The notes below the pieces were generated by a model. The model worked only from the letters and a program-made list of their open reading frames with translations. It did no database searches and was not told where the DNA came from. A stretch of 64,000 nucleotides of DNA from Marsupella aquatica (taxonomy: Eukaryota; Plantae; Marchantiophyta): contig OZ316891.1 in NCBI GenBank assembly GCA_973895155.1, forward strand, positions 8,743,875 through 8,807,874, given 5' to 3'. Positions within the stretch are counted from its first letter, which is position 1; each line of letters starts with the position of its first letter. A program made the translations under genes and the position numbers. Below, piece after piece: positions 10,291-20,100 of the stretch.

Positions 10291-13200
10291 AGCTTGGGAG
10301 TAGTTGAACAGTTGCGGATGCGCTCTGCTGGTGTTACTGATCGTCCATTAGTGAGCTTGCGGTCCACTGAGACAATGATGACCACAGCTGGGGGCGAGCA
10401 TGCAGTCCATGGACCTATGGCAGGATTGGCCCAGGCTGGACAGATTGTTGAGCAGGAAGGGACTGCTCAATCTATTGCTAAATAGCAATCATTGGCTATC
10501 TCTTCTACCCTACAAAAAGATATTAGGGATCTGGTGAAGAGTTGGGAGCCACAGATTGGTCCTAAGTTGACAGGGGAGGAGAGACGTCGCATGCATCGAT
10601 TCTTGAAGAGTTACTGGAATTGTTTTGCATTCAGCATGAAGGATTTGGGGACATTGAAGGGCCCTGGTATTCAGATTGAATTGGCTAGTGATGCGCCAAT
10701 CTTTCGTAGACCATATCGTTATAGTGACATGGAAAGAGCTCTGATTCAGAGTAGAACTCAGGATTTGTTGGAGGCTGGTTTGGTGGAGATCTCATACGGG
10801 GAGTATGCATCTGCCACAGTGATGCCAGCCAAGAAGGATGTGCATGGTAATTACACGGATAGGCGTATGTGTGGTGATTACCGACCTATTAATCGTCAGA
10901 CAAAATTTGATCGATATGCCATGCCCACACCTGAGGAGATCTTTGATGCAATGGGGCATGCAAAGGTTTTTAGTTCATTGGATCTGAGGGCAGGGTACCA
11001 TCAGCTTCCAATCAGACATTCTGACAGGTCCAAGACAGCATTCTGGGGAATTGATTCTTATGGCAAGGATCGTTTGTATCAGTGGTTGTTCTTACCATTT
11101 GGGTTGAAGAATGCACCTGCTGAGTTCCAGAGAGTCATGGATCGAATCCTTGCAGGTTTGGATTTTGTCAGATGTTATATTGATGATATTTTGGTTTATT
11201 CTTCTACTGTGGAAGAACATCAACGACACTTGCAGATTGTGTTTGAGAGATTGAGGGAACATGGATTGAAGCTCCATCCCGGCAAGTGTAAGTTCTTCCA
11301 AGAACAGATTGAGTATTTGGGCCACACTATATACCCAGGGGGATTGGGTGTACAATAGACTAAAGTGGAGGCCATTACACAGATTCCTCGTCCTACTGAT
11401 GTGAGTAGAGTTCGTGCATTCTTGGGATTGGCGAGCTACTATAGGAGGTATGTTAAAGGATTTAGCCAGCTTGCTAAACCTTTGACCATACTCACTAAGT
11501 TGGATCAGGAATGGATTTGGGGTGATGATCAGGAGCATGTCTTTCAGGAGTTGAAAGAAAGATTGGCATCATCCCCTATTTTGAGAAGACCCATTTCAGG
11601 GAGACCATTTCAGCTACACACTGATTGGAGTGGAGTAGGACTTGGAGCAGTGCTGACTCAGAAAGATGATGAAGGACATGACTTTGTTGTGGCATATGCC
11701 AGTAGATCAAACAATTTAGCAGAGGCTAAGTATAGCTCTTATGAGGGAGAGTGTTTGGCAGCAGTGTGGGCTGTGGCACACTTCCGCTGTTACTTGTTTG
11801 GTAATCCTTTCACTTTGATCACTGATCATCAGCCTCTCAAGTGGTTAATGGAGTTTGACAAGCTTACAGGGAAGCTTGCACGATGGGCATTGTTGTTATA
11901 GGAGTATGATTTCCAGGTGGTGCATAGGCCTGGAAAGGTGAATTTGGATGCAGATGGGTTGAGCCGCAATCCATGTACCAGTCAGGAGGATGAGACTGGA
12001 GCTAGATGGCATGATGAGTCAGATAAGGAGATGGTGTCAGGATGGCATGCATCTGCCTTCCTTTGTTGGGTTCCAGCATGCAGTGGTTCTGTGGACTCTA
12101 CTTCATTGGATGAAGCAGATGATGAGTCTTCAGATGTGGATGTTGGTGAGGTAACTTTTGGACAGCAAGATATTCACAATGATGTGAAAGTGTTGGAATA
12201 TCTGCGCAGTGGTTCTATTGTTGGCAGTATTGATGCCAAGGAACGTGACAGGGTTCTACAGAGAGCCAAGAGGTTTCGATGGGAAGGAAGCCATCTTTTG
12301 AGAGTACTACGTGATGGTAAGGTATTGGTGGTACCAAAACCATCACAACGAGTACATTTGGTGCGACATGCGCACGAGGAGTTAGGGCACTTTGGTGTCA
12401 AGCGCACTTATAGCTTGCTGCAGACACAGTATTGGTGGCGTGGTATGCACACTCATGTCCAACAACTGATAGCTAAGTGTGTGGTATGTGATCGAGTGAG
12501 GGCATCATTTAATGCTCCCACTCCCCAGTTGCATCCATTGCCAATCATGGGTTTGGGGTACAGATGGAGTTTGGACTTTGCTGGTCCATTGCCTCTCACC
12601 CAACGATATAACCGTTATGTTTTGGTTATGGTGGAGCACTTCTCCAAGTGGATTGAACTAGTGGCATTGCCAGATAAAGCTAGTGGAGGAGTGGCTACCA
12701 CATTTCTGGATCGAGTACTTAGTCACTTTGGAGCACCAGCTGAGGTGTTGACTGATCAGGGCACGGAATTCCGTGGAGATTTTGAGGGTTTGTGTGAGCA
12801 AGCTCTGATTGACCATCGTACTACTTCTCGCGATCATCCTGAGGCAGATGGATTGGCAGAGAGAGTTGTACAAACTGTGAAGAGAGGATTGCGCAAGTAT
12901 GGCTTATAGGTTGGTCATTTGGGAGACTGGGATCTCCAACTACCTTGGTTAGCTATGGGCTACCGTTTCAGTCGACAAGCATCACTTGCATCCTTCTCAC
13001 CCTATTTCTTGCTCTATGGTAGAGAGCCAGATTTGCCAGCGGCTATTTGTCGTGATGTTGCAACTGTTGTGGATTTGGATGATCCAGATATTTGGATAAA
13101 GGTTTGTTCAGAGAGGGCACGAGTTTTTGAGAGAGTCATGCCCATGGCCTTTGACAACCTTGCTATTGCCCAACATCGTGATACTTTGCGATATGCTACT

Positions 13201-13470
13201 ATTTGTGGAGGAGGTTATCGCACGAAGATTAGGAGATTTCATCTTGGCGATTATGTTTATTTGCAGCAGATAGCACCAACAACGCTTGATGTGACCGCAG
13301 GGCGGACAATCTTGCGTGTGCGTGAAGTGTTGCCTTCTGGAGTCCTTATGTTGGAAGGGCGTGATGGTATGGTTTGGAAGGATCACATGCGTAATTGTGC
13401 GCCATGTCACCTTCCAAACATTGATGGCATTGTGGATCCAAGCTTGGCACATGTTCGTGCTAGCTTGAAG

Positions 13471-13608
13471 TGTATGTTGTGTGGGTCTGCTCAGGAAGCA
13501 GCTACTATGTTGATTTGTGATAGGTGTTCTAGAGGATGGCACATGTCGTGTTTGACACCACCCTTGCACATGATTCCTAGTGGATCATGGTTTTGTCCTC
13601 AATGTCGG
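13471..13608 (+). other. PHD finger at the integrase C-terminus
   Basis: CMLC...MLICDRCSRGWHMSCLTPPL..IPSGSWFCPQC, a C4HC3 pattern with the conserved Trp. Confidence 0.92.
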
Positions 13609-13775
13609 TGATGCCGACTAGTTATCATTTGTGTTCTTGTGGAAGATATAGATTGCAGGTAGGTGATCGATGGGGCTCACTTGCACCCGGCCTCCTGATC
13701 TTCGCACCTAAAAAGGTGTATATTAACCTTGTAGAACTCATGGCTAGCTAGAGTTAGGGGACCTCACTCCCAGCT

Positions 13776-13786
13776 AGGGGGGCGAT
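13776..13786 (+). promoter_or_regulatory. Polypurine tract
   Basis: AGGGGGGCGAT lies immediately before TGTGGG, the start of block B1. Confidence 0.7.
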
Positions 13787-13920
13787 TGTGGGTTTTAGGC
13801 ATGTGGACATTGGTTCCATTTGTACTCCATTCTCTTATGTTCGTGTTAGTGGATTGTGACTATGTTTGAATATGTGTGACAAGCGATGTATGTTGTGTAG
13901 CGATGTGTATGCGCACGACA
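13787..13920 (+). repeat. Repeat block B1 (TG...CA, 134 bp)
   Basis: Matches 14254-14387 with one transition seen. Confidence 0.93.
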
Positions 13921-13922
13921 GC

Positions 13923-14252
13923 TGTCACACCATTTAGAGTGGTAGTAAAGTATATCGTACTATCTAGGATATAGAGGTTTTGTATGTGTGCTATATGAGC
14001 ACTTTGTGTTTAGTTTGAGTTGGTGTGAGGGATAGTTATCCCCTTGTGTTGGCTCAAAGGCCTCATCTTTCAATGTTGAGCCTTTGAGCATGAGCTTGGT
14101 GGCTATGGTGTGGCTGACCAGGTTGTGTGCATGTAACGTGGATTCCTTGAAGCACAAGGTGCGTTGGGCTTGACATATATGTGTGATTGAGTCGGACGGG
14201 ATCGATGTTGGATTAGCACTGATCGTTGTTCGATTTCATCCAGAAAAGATTA
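13923..14252 (+). repeat. Repeat block A2 (lacks the terminal CA)
   Basis: Copy of 4660-4989. Confidence 0.93.
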
Positions 14253-14253
14253 T

Positions 14254-14387
14254 TGTGGGTTTTGGGCATGTGGACATTGGTTCCATTTGTACTCCATTCT
14301 CTTATGTTCGTGTTAGTGGATTGTGACTATGTTTGAATATGTGTGACAAGCGATGTATGTTGTGTAGCGATGTGTATGCGCACGACA
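14254..14387 (+). repeat. Repeat block B2, 3' terminus of the element
   Basis: Copy of B1 ending GCACGACA, followed by resumed LINE sequence. Confidence 0.93.
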
Positions 14388-14391
14388 AAAG

Positions 14392-16330
14392 GAAGGTGGA
14401 GTTGGTCTTATAATATCTTTTGAAAATCAAGTGCACGCCTTGGCTGCTAGATTCATCATGTTCGCGTTGTCGGAAGGTTCTCATCCTTTACAGCTGCTAT
14501 TAAGATCTTGAATTCTCACTCTTTCAACTCATCGGTGGGGAGTAGAGGATTATTCTTGGATTTTTCACCCTTGTCGGACTCTGCCATCTTCGGGGAATTT
14601 GGAAAATCATTTGTAGATCCTGGAATAAGCTGAAAATACTTCTGGAACCTACTATACCTGATAATATTTACTCCAGCCTGGATATCTCACTTTGGTCGCC
14701 ATCGATTAATCATCTGGAGTTTTGTAAGGCAGGGTGTAAAACTAATCCGCAACGACATCTACGTTCGATTGGTCTTAAGTGTTGGGGAGATTTGATTCCT
14801 ATCACTAGGATCCCCATTACATGGGAGTCAATGATTGATATGGGTGCATTACCACGGGAGAAAGATGCTTTCCTAGCCATTCTGGCCAATGCTCAGATAC
14901 CACTTTGTCACATGGATCACTCGATGGTGGAGAAATCTGTGTTGATTTCCTCTATTCTTGTCAGGGAAGGTAATACTGTTTGGGAATACCTTATTCCTAA
15001 TCATCAGATGCAGGATTGCTGGAGGTTAGAAGATCTTTGACAGGATCCAACGCACACGTACATTATTCAGGATGGAATGTTATGTAAGATTGATAATCTC
15101 GGGGGGGTCACTATATGGAGGGCCATACATCGCGTGCGACGTTTTAGGGTTTGACCCCCCTAACTTATAAGTGAAAATTATTTTTTTGCAAAGCCCTTTC
15201 TTTCTTTAAATTTTGTCATTTTTTATTAAAAAACCCCTAAAAACTTTAAAGAAAGTATTTTTTGCAATTAAATAGGCCTATGTGTTCTTTAAAGTCGACC
15301 AGTCAATAAAACATGCCCTATGTGTTCTTCCACCAAACTTTGGAAGTCTTCCGCCACACCCATTTAAATGGGCCTATACTTCGTCGCACGTGATGTGCCA
15401 CTTCCATGGAAGTGACCCCCCCTGAGTTGATAATGCTCAGATTTCTGGGGATGTTTTACACAACATGGTGTTGGGCTTATCTAAGAGCTGGCGTACACAT
15501 AAGATCGGTGTGGGATTGAAAGGCGCTTACAAGTCTGAGGTTGGAATTTCCAATCGATACCGGTGGAAAGATGGTAAATATTTTTTTTATGCAAATACAG
15601 CTAGTATTCGAAAGATGTTACTTAAGCATTCATCGGGAAGTCTGATTGGCTATAACAAGTGGAGGATGGAAATTCGTGGGGTACCGGATGTTAGTAAGGT
15701 CTGGAGTGGAATCTGGAAAGCATATCGGGAGGAAAAGATCAATCACTTCCTTTGGCAAATTGTGCATCGTCTTTTAGCTACGAAGCATTATATTGGTTGA
15801 CGGTCTGTTAGATACTTAGAGGATGGTACCATGATTCCATTTACTCGTGATGATGCCGCATGGTGGTGTTCTCGCTGTGATCTACGTTCTCATGAGGACA
15901 TCCTCCACTGCCTCTGGTCATGTCTGTTTTCTCAGAAGCTTTGGGTTTGGATCTTTTCTATTATGCAGCATGCTGCTGGGCCGAATGTTGCCATCTTCCA
16001 TTTCGAGGTTGTTCATGTCTTTCTTAGTGCAGCACTTCCATGTAACTGTGGTATTCCTCTTAAGATATGGCACATCATTAGAGGAATAGCCATATGGCAG
16101 ATTTGGAAAGCTCGTTGCACCTTGGAGAAAGAAGCAGTTATTTTCTCTCTCTTGCATCCAGTGCAAGATCTGGTCTGAGATCCGTTTATGTTTACGGATT
16201 ATTTGGCAGAATGGTTGGAGAAACCATATGGAGAAAGGTGGCTGTTGGCAGGAGTTGGTTGGCAAGATGAAAAGAGACTTGGGTCGTGCAATGGTGGCAT
16301 TTATGAGTTGGTGGACCAATGCATTATTGT
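14392..16330 (+). pseudogene. LINE ORF2 3' part including the zf-RVT region, degenerate
   Basis: EGGVGL resumes at 14392. Later motifs: KINHFLWQIVHRLL, CSRC...EDILHCLWSC, IWQIWKARC. Confidence 0.82.
15098..15426. mobile_element. MITE with about 45-bp imperfect TIRs and an 8-bp TSD (hAT-like)
   Basis: Ends CTCGGGGGGGTCACT...AGTGACCCCCCCTGAG. TTGATAAT is duplicated at 15090-15097 and 15427-15434. AT-rich interior. Confidence 0.88.
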
Positions 16331-16786
16331 TGACTACCGCCCACTATGGGCCTTTGATCCTCCTTGAGATCTTTTTGTACGAGTCTTTTGGATTCACTTG
16401 TCGTTTTGCTGTGATCCTGGACTGATTAGCTTAGTTTCTTTCGGACTTTCTATGGCAATTAGTTAATCCGTTAGTTGGATTTTCCCCGGTTTATAGATGC
16501 TCAGATCTTGGTTTTTGACTAGATCTCTTCCTGTTCGCCGGGCTGAGTGGGCCCTCATCTTTGCTTTAGCTGCTTAGCTGGTTTCCCTGAGTTTGTTTCT
16601 CAGGTTACTCCCCTGTTTAGTTTACTCTTGTCTCCTTTCCCTCTTGGCCGAATGTGTTTGGTCTTGTTGTGGATTTTGGCCTCTGTTCCTCTTTTTGAAT
16701 CTGGCCTGTGACTCCCTGATTTATTGGGTTTTACTTTTCGTATAAGTAAAGTGCTCCTTTCAAGAAAAATAAAATGTAAATGTTCT

Positions 16787-16810
16787 CATATATATATATT
16801 TATATATATA
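16787..16810. repeat. (TA)n microsatellite
   Basis: Direct reading. Confidence 0.85.
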
Positions 16811-17160
16811 ATCAAACTACTGTAGTCCAATCCCATTCCTCTACATAACTACAGTGCATAGAAGAAGTCATTTTTGTCCAAGATATCTTTATGGAAAAGA
16901 AATGACGTGAAAGATATCCTTACATAAAGGAGGTTATTGCGCTAATGATGTCAACTAGAAAATTGTTGCAAGAAAGAAGTGTTTCCCTAATTGTGCAAAA
17001 GATGATGTGGGAAAATGGAGCAAACAAACTTAACGAAGTGTCATTGAGCCAAGGTGTAGATGTCTTTGCAAGACAAGTAACAATTACTATGGGGTCCAAG
17101 TATAATCATGCAATGCATTTTTCCTCCTTTCCCTCCCCCTTCTCTCACCCTGCCCCCCAG

Positions 17161-17180
17161 CACACACACACACACACACA
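17161..17180. repeat. (CA)10 microsatellite
   Basis: Direct reading. Confidence 0.9.
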
Positions 17181-20100
17181 AATGAGGAAAGGCAAGGCCC
17201 AAGGGAAGGCAAATGGGCACAAGATGTAGACAAGAGATAGACAGACAGACTAGAGCCCCTTTCATCTTGGGTGCAGGCAGGCTCTGGGCAACTAGCTGAC
17301 ATAGAAGGGGGTATGGATGAATCTGATGGTAACAGAAAAACCAGGCATGTGACCAAAGAGGTTTGGTCACAAAAATTGAACTGTTACAAATGCCCTTTCT
17401 TTAGTATTGTACATTGTATTTTGTTGAACATAGACGATAATTGCAACGGTAAGCAAATGACATATCCAACACGTAAGTAGTCGACACAAGAGATAAGTGG
17501 TTCACCTCCTCAAGGCTACATCCACGGGAACTCACAAGAGAGTTTTACTGAACTCTAAGCCCGTCGGCCATACCAAGTCTCCACAGTGTAAGCTCTCATC
17601 ATTTCTCAAGTGGCTCCGTAACAATGAGTCTTAGTTTCACTTATCCAAGCAAACACCGTTTGGTATATAGTGTGCATCCTAGTTAAAACCAAATCTTTGA
17701 CTATGGTTAGTCTAATTATGGTTACATGTCGTAACCCTAGACTGACCTTGAATAAATACCTAACATATTTTGTAGAATCATATGCACATAATCGTATGCA
17801 AAGAGATGGTATGCGCAAAAAAAAAGATTTGGAGACATTTTTGGGCCCCCACCACAAACCAACAATTTTTGGATGAAAGGCCAAGATTGACTCCCCTTTT
17901 TTCTTTATTTTGTAAACAGATGATAGTATGATACACCCTTTTGGCAGGATAGTGTATTATAGTTGGTAGATTTAATTTCTTGTTGTATGCTATAATTTAC
18001 ACACCTAACCCATTCCCTAGTAGCCTATTGTAGATAGCTCCCCTCCCAAGAAAATATGCTCTGTTTGAGAACCCCAATGCACACAATCTGACAGCCACAA
18101 AACTATATATTTTACTGTTGGATTTTATTCCTTAGCTCTACCAGGCTAAAAGACAGTGGGGGCCATTCAGTCCCTCCTCTTCCAAAGCAAAGTCGGGGGC
18201 CACTTAATGAACTAAAATTAGTGAACCGGGGCAAACATACTACCAGGCTGCAGCGAACAGCGCCCAGCCTCATGTAAAGTCAACAACGCCCACTTTGAGA
18301 GAGGGGACACAGAAAAGACAGAAATTAGGGCCAGCTGTCTGATAACTCCCAAAATTCACGGGGAGGAAATATGTGATTGTGCGGGAGAAGATCATAAAGC
18401 TCATCCTTTCTTCCAATCAATGGTGGATCTTCAAGCATTGGACAGAAGAGAGCTTGAGCAAACAGGTCCTTGTGTTTATGGACCCATACTGAGAGATCTA
18501 CCATGGCCAAAAAATAGAAAAATCAAACTTCAGCTGTGAAATTTTGTTCAACTAGGAAGACGCTGATACAGTCGCACATAGCAACATTGAATCATGGAAC
18601 CTAGAGAAATTTTGTCAAGTGAGAGCCATGATTTGTACAAAGAAATTGAGGCAGAAGAAATGTTCGATCAAGAAGACCAATGCACTGATGAATAATTATG
18701 CTGGTGAACAGGTCAGAAGCTTTTGTTGTTCCTGTCCCTGCCAATTTCGATTTTGGAATTTCGTTTGTGCATTTTAGGATTGTAAAATTGTACTCTTATC
18801 AATTGTTTCCATCACAAATACTTGAGAATGCTTGTTCATGGACAAATTATTAAAAAAAATACAAGTGAGAATTCTTGAGAATGCACGTTCACAAATTGGG
18901 CGCCCTCCTGAATTGCCTGGATAGTCGCTTCAGTGGGGTCAGAGTTAATGCGAAGTCTGAAAATAACAATGGACCAAATGGACGAAAGAAAAAACCACCG
19001 GAGGAGGTGGTCTAAAACTTTGCCTGAACAACCATGCTTTTTAATGAACTTAACATTGATAGATTTAGTTGAGTTCTAAGTATATTATAAGTTTCCAATG
19101 TTCTTTAGCTTTCCAATGAGTGTAACATTGGGAGATTTTATCAAGTACTAAAGTGGTCATGAGTTTCTAACTTTCTCTAGCTTTTGATCGATTCCAAACT
19201 CCACAATTGAAGATTTGTTTCCATGAAAGTTTTTGTCTTAAATGATTATGCAAAGTTATTGATTTGATGACACCGATGACTTCTCTCTCTTTGTCTATCT
19301 ACATGTAGGAATTGAAAGTGATTACTTTTGATGCAACTTGAGTGCATCCAGCATCCCTTCGATACTGTGGAGGAAATCGTCAAGCACTGTTTTGCTGAAG
19401 TGGACAATTAAGCTACCCACACATTAAACAGTAGTTCACAATGCAGTTGGTTTTGCGATTGATGTTAATTATGATTGCCTTGGTAAGTTTGGCAACTGTT
19501 TCAAGTGTCAAACATTGACTTGTCCATTTTTGGATTTTTTTTCTTTTGATTTGGAGGTCCATCTAGGCTTCAGTTTCTAGATAACTGACTCTAAAATAAC
19601 ATGGGGGTCCACGGATTAATTATACAATTGAATGATAAATATGTAAGAATGTGTGCCAAAGGAAATTCAAGTCCCAGCATGGACCTCCATGTTTTCCAAA
19701 AGGCTCAAATGTACTTTTGGAACTGGAATGGACTGCAGCAAAACAATTTTATCTGCTCATATGATACAAATTATAGTGGAGAATGGAATGTGACAGAATC
19801 AATGCAGTCATCTCTCCAAAGTTGTAGCTCTCCCAATTCTTAATGAAAGTTGGCTATACTAGACTCATTGGAAAGATCCTTTGAAGCAGGTCCTAATGAA
19901 CCCAAGAATAGCCAATCCTACTGCATGTCAAGGGAAAATGGAAGGTCAAAACTTGCTGAGAAAAACTTTTGGAAGCCAGAAGAGTGCGAGCATGTGACAG
20001 TGTAACTATTGTTCATCTTCAGTGGCAGAATGAGGAACCTAAGTAAACATTAATCATAAAATCTACACTAAGGGGGATTATTCTAGTTAACCAATTTGGC

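Larger units (their letters stand above)
8284..13611 (+). pseudogene. Pol polyprotein PR-DNMT-RT-RNaseH-integrase-PHD, single frame with five internal TAG stops
   Basis: PR: VLLDTGA. RT: LDLRAGYHQ, PFGLKNAP, YIDD. RH: TDWS, TDHQPL, DADGLSR. INT: HHCC, LDFAGP, TDQGTEF, GLAER. Stops at 9538, 10483, 11356, 11899 and 12907. Confidence 0.95.
4660..14387 (+). mobile_element. Ty3/Gypsy-type retrotransposon with DNMT and PHD domains and split repeats (A...B-A-B)
   Basis: Termini TGTC...GACA. 4-bp TSD GAAG/AAAG with one mismatch; removing the element restores LINE codons LPKKEGGVGL. Domain order gag-PR-DNMT-RT-RH-INT-PHD. Confidence 0.95.
1..16774 (+). mobile_element. Decayed L1-clade LINE, 5' end outside the window, interrupted by a Gypsy element (4660-14387) and a MITE (15098-15426)
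   Basis: ORF1 with a CCHC knuckle, then ORF2 with APE endonuclease, RT and zf-RVT motifs in the expected order. The LPKK|EGGVGL motif is split across the Gypsy insertion. A T-rich 3' UTR ends in an A-rich tract near 16762-16774. Confidence 0.88.

Noticed and set aside
4660-14387. DIRS/PAT/Ngaro tyrosine-recombinase element, suggested by the split repeats and MTase
   Set aside because: No tyrosine recombinase is seen. It has an aspartic protease, an HHCC/DDE integrase, TG..CA ends and a TSD.
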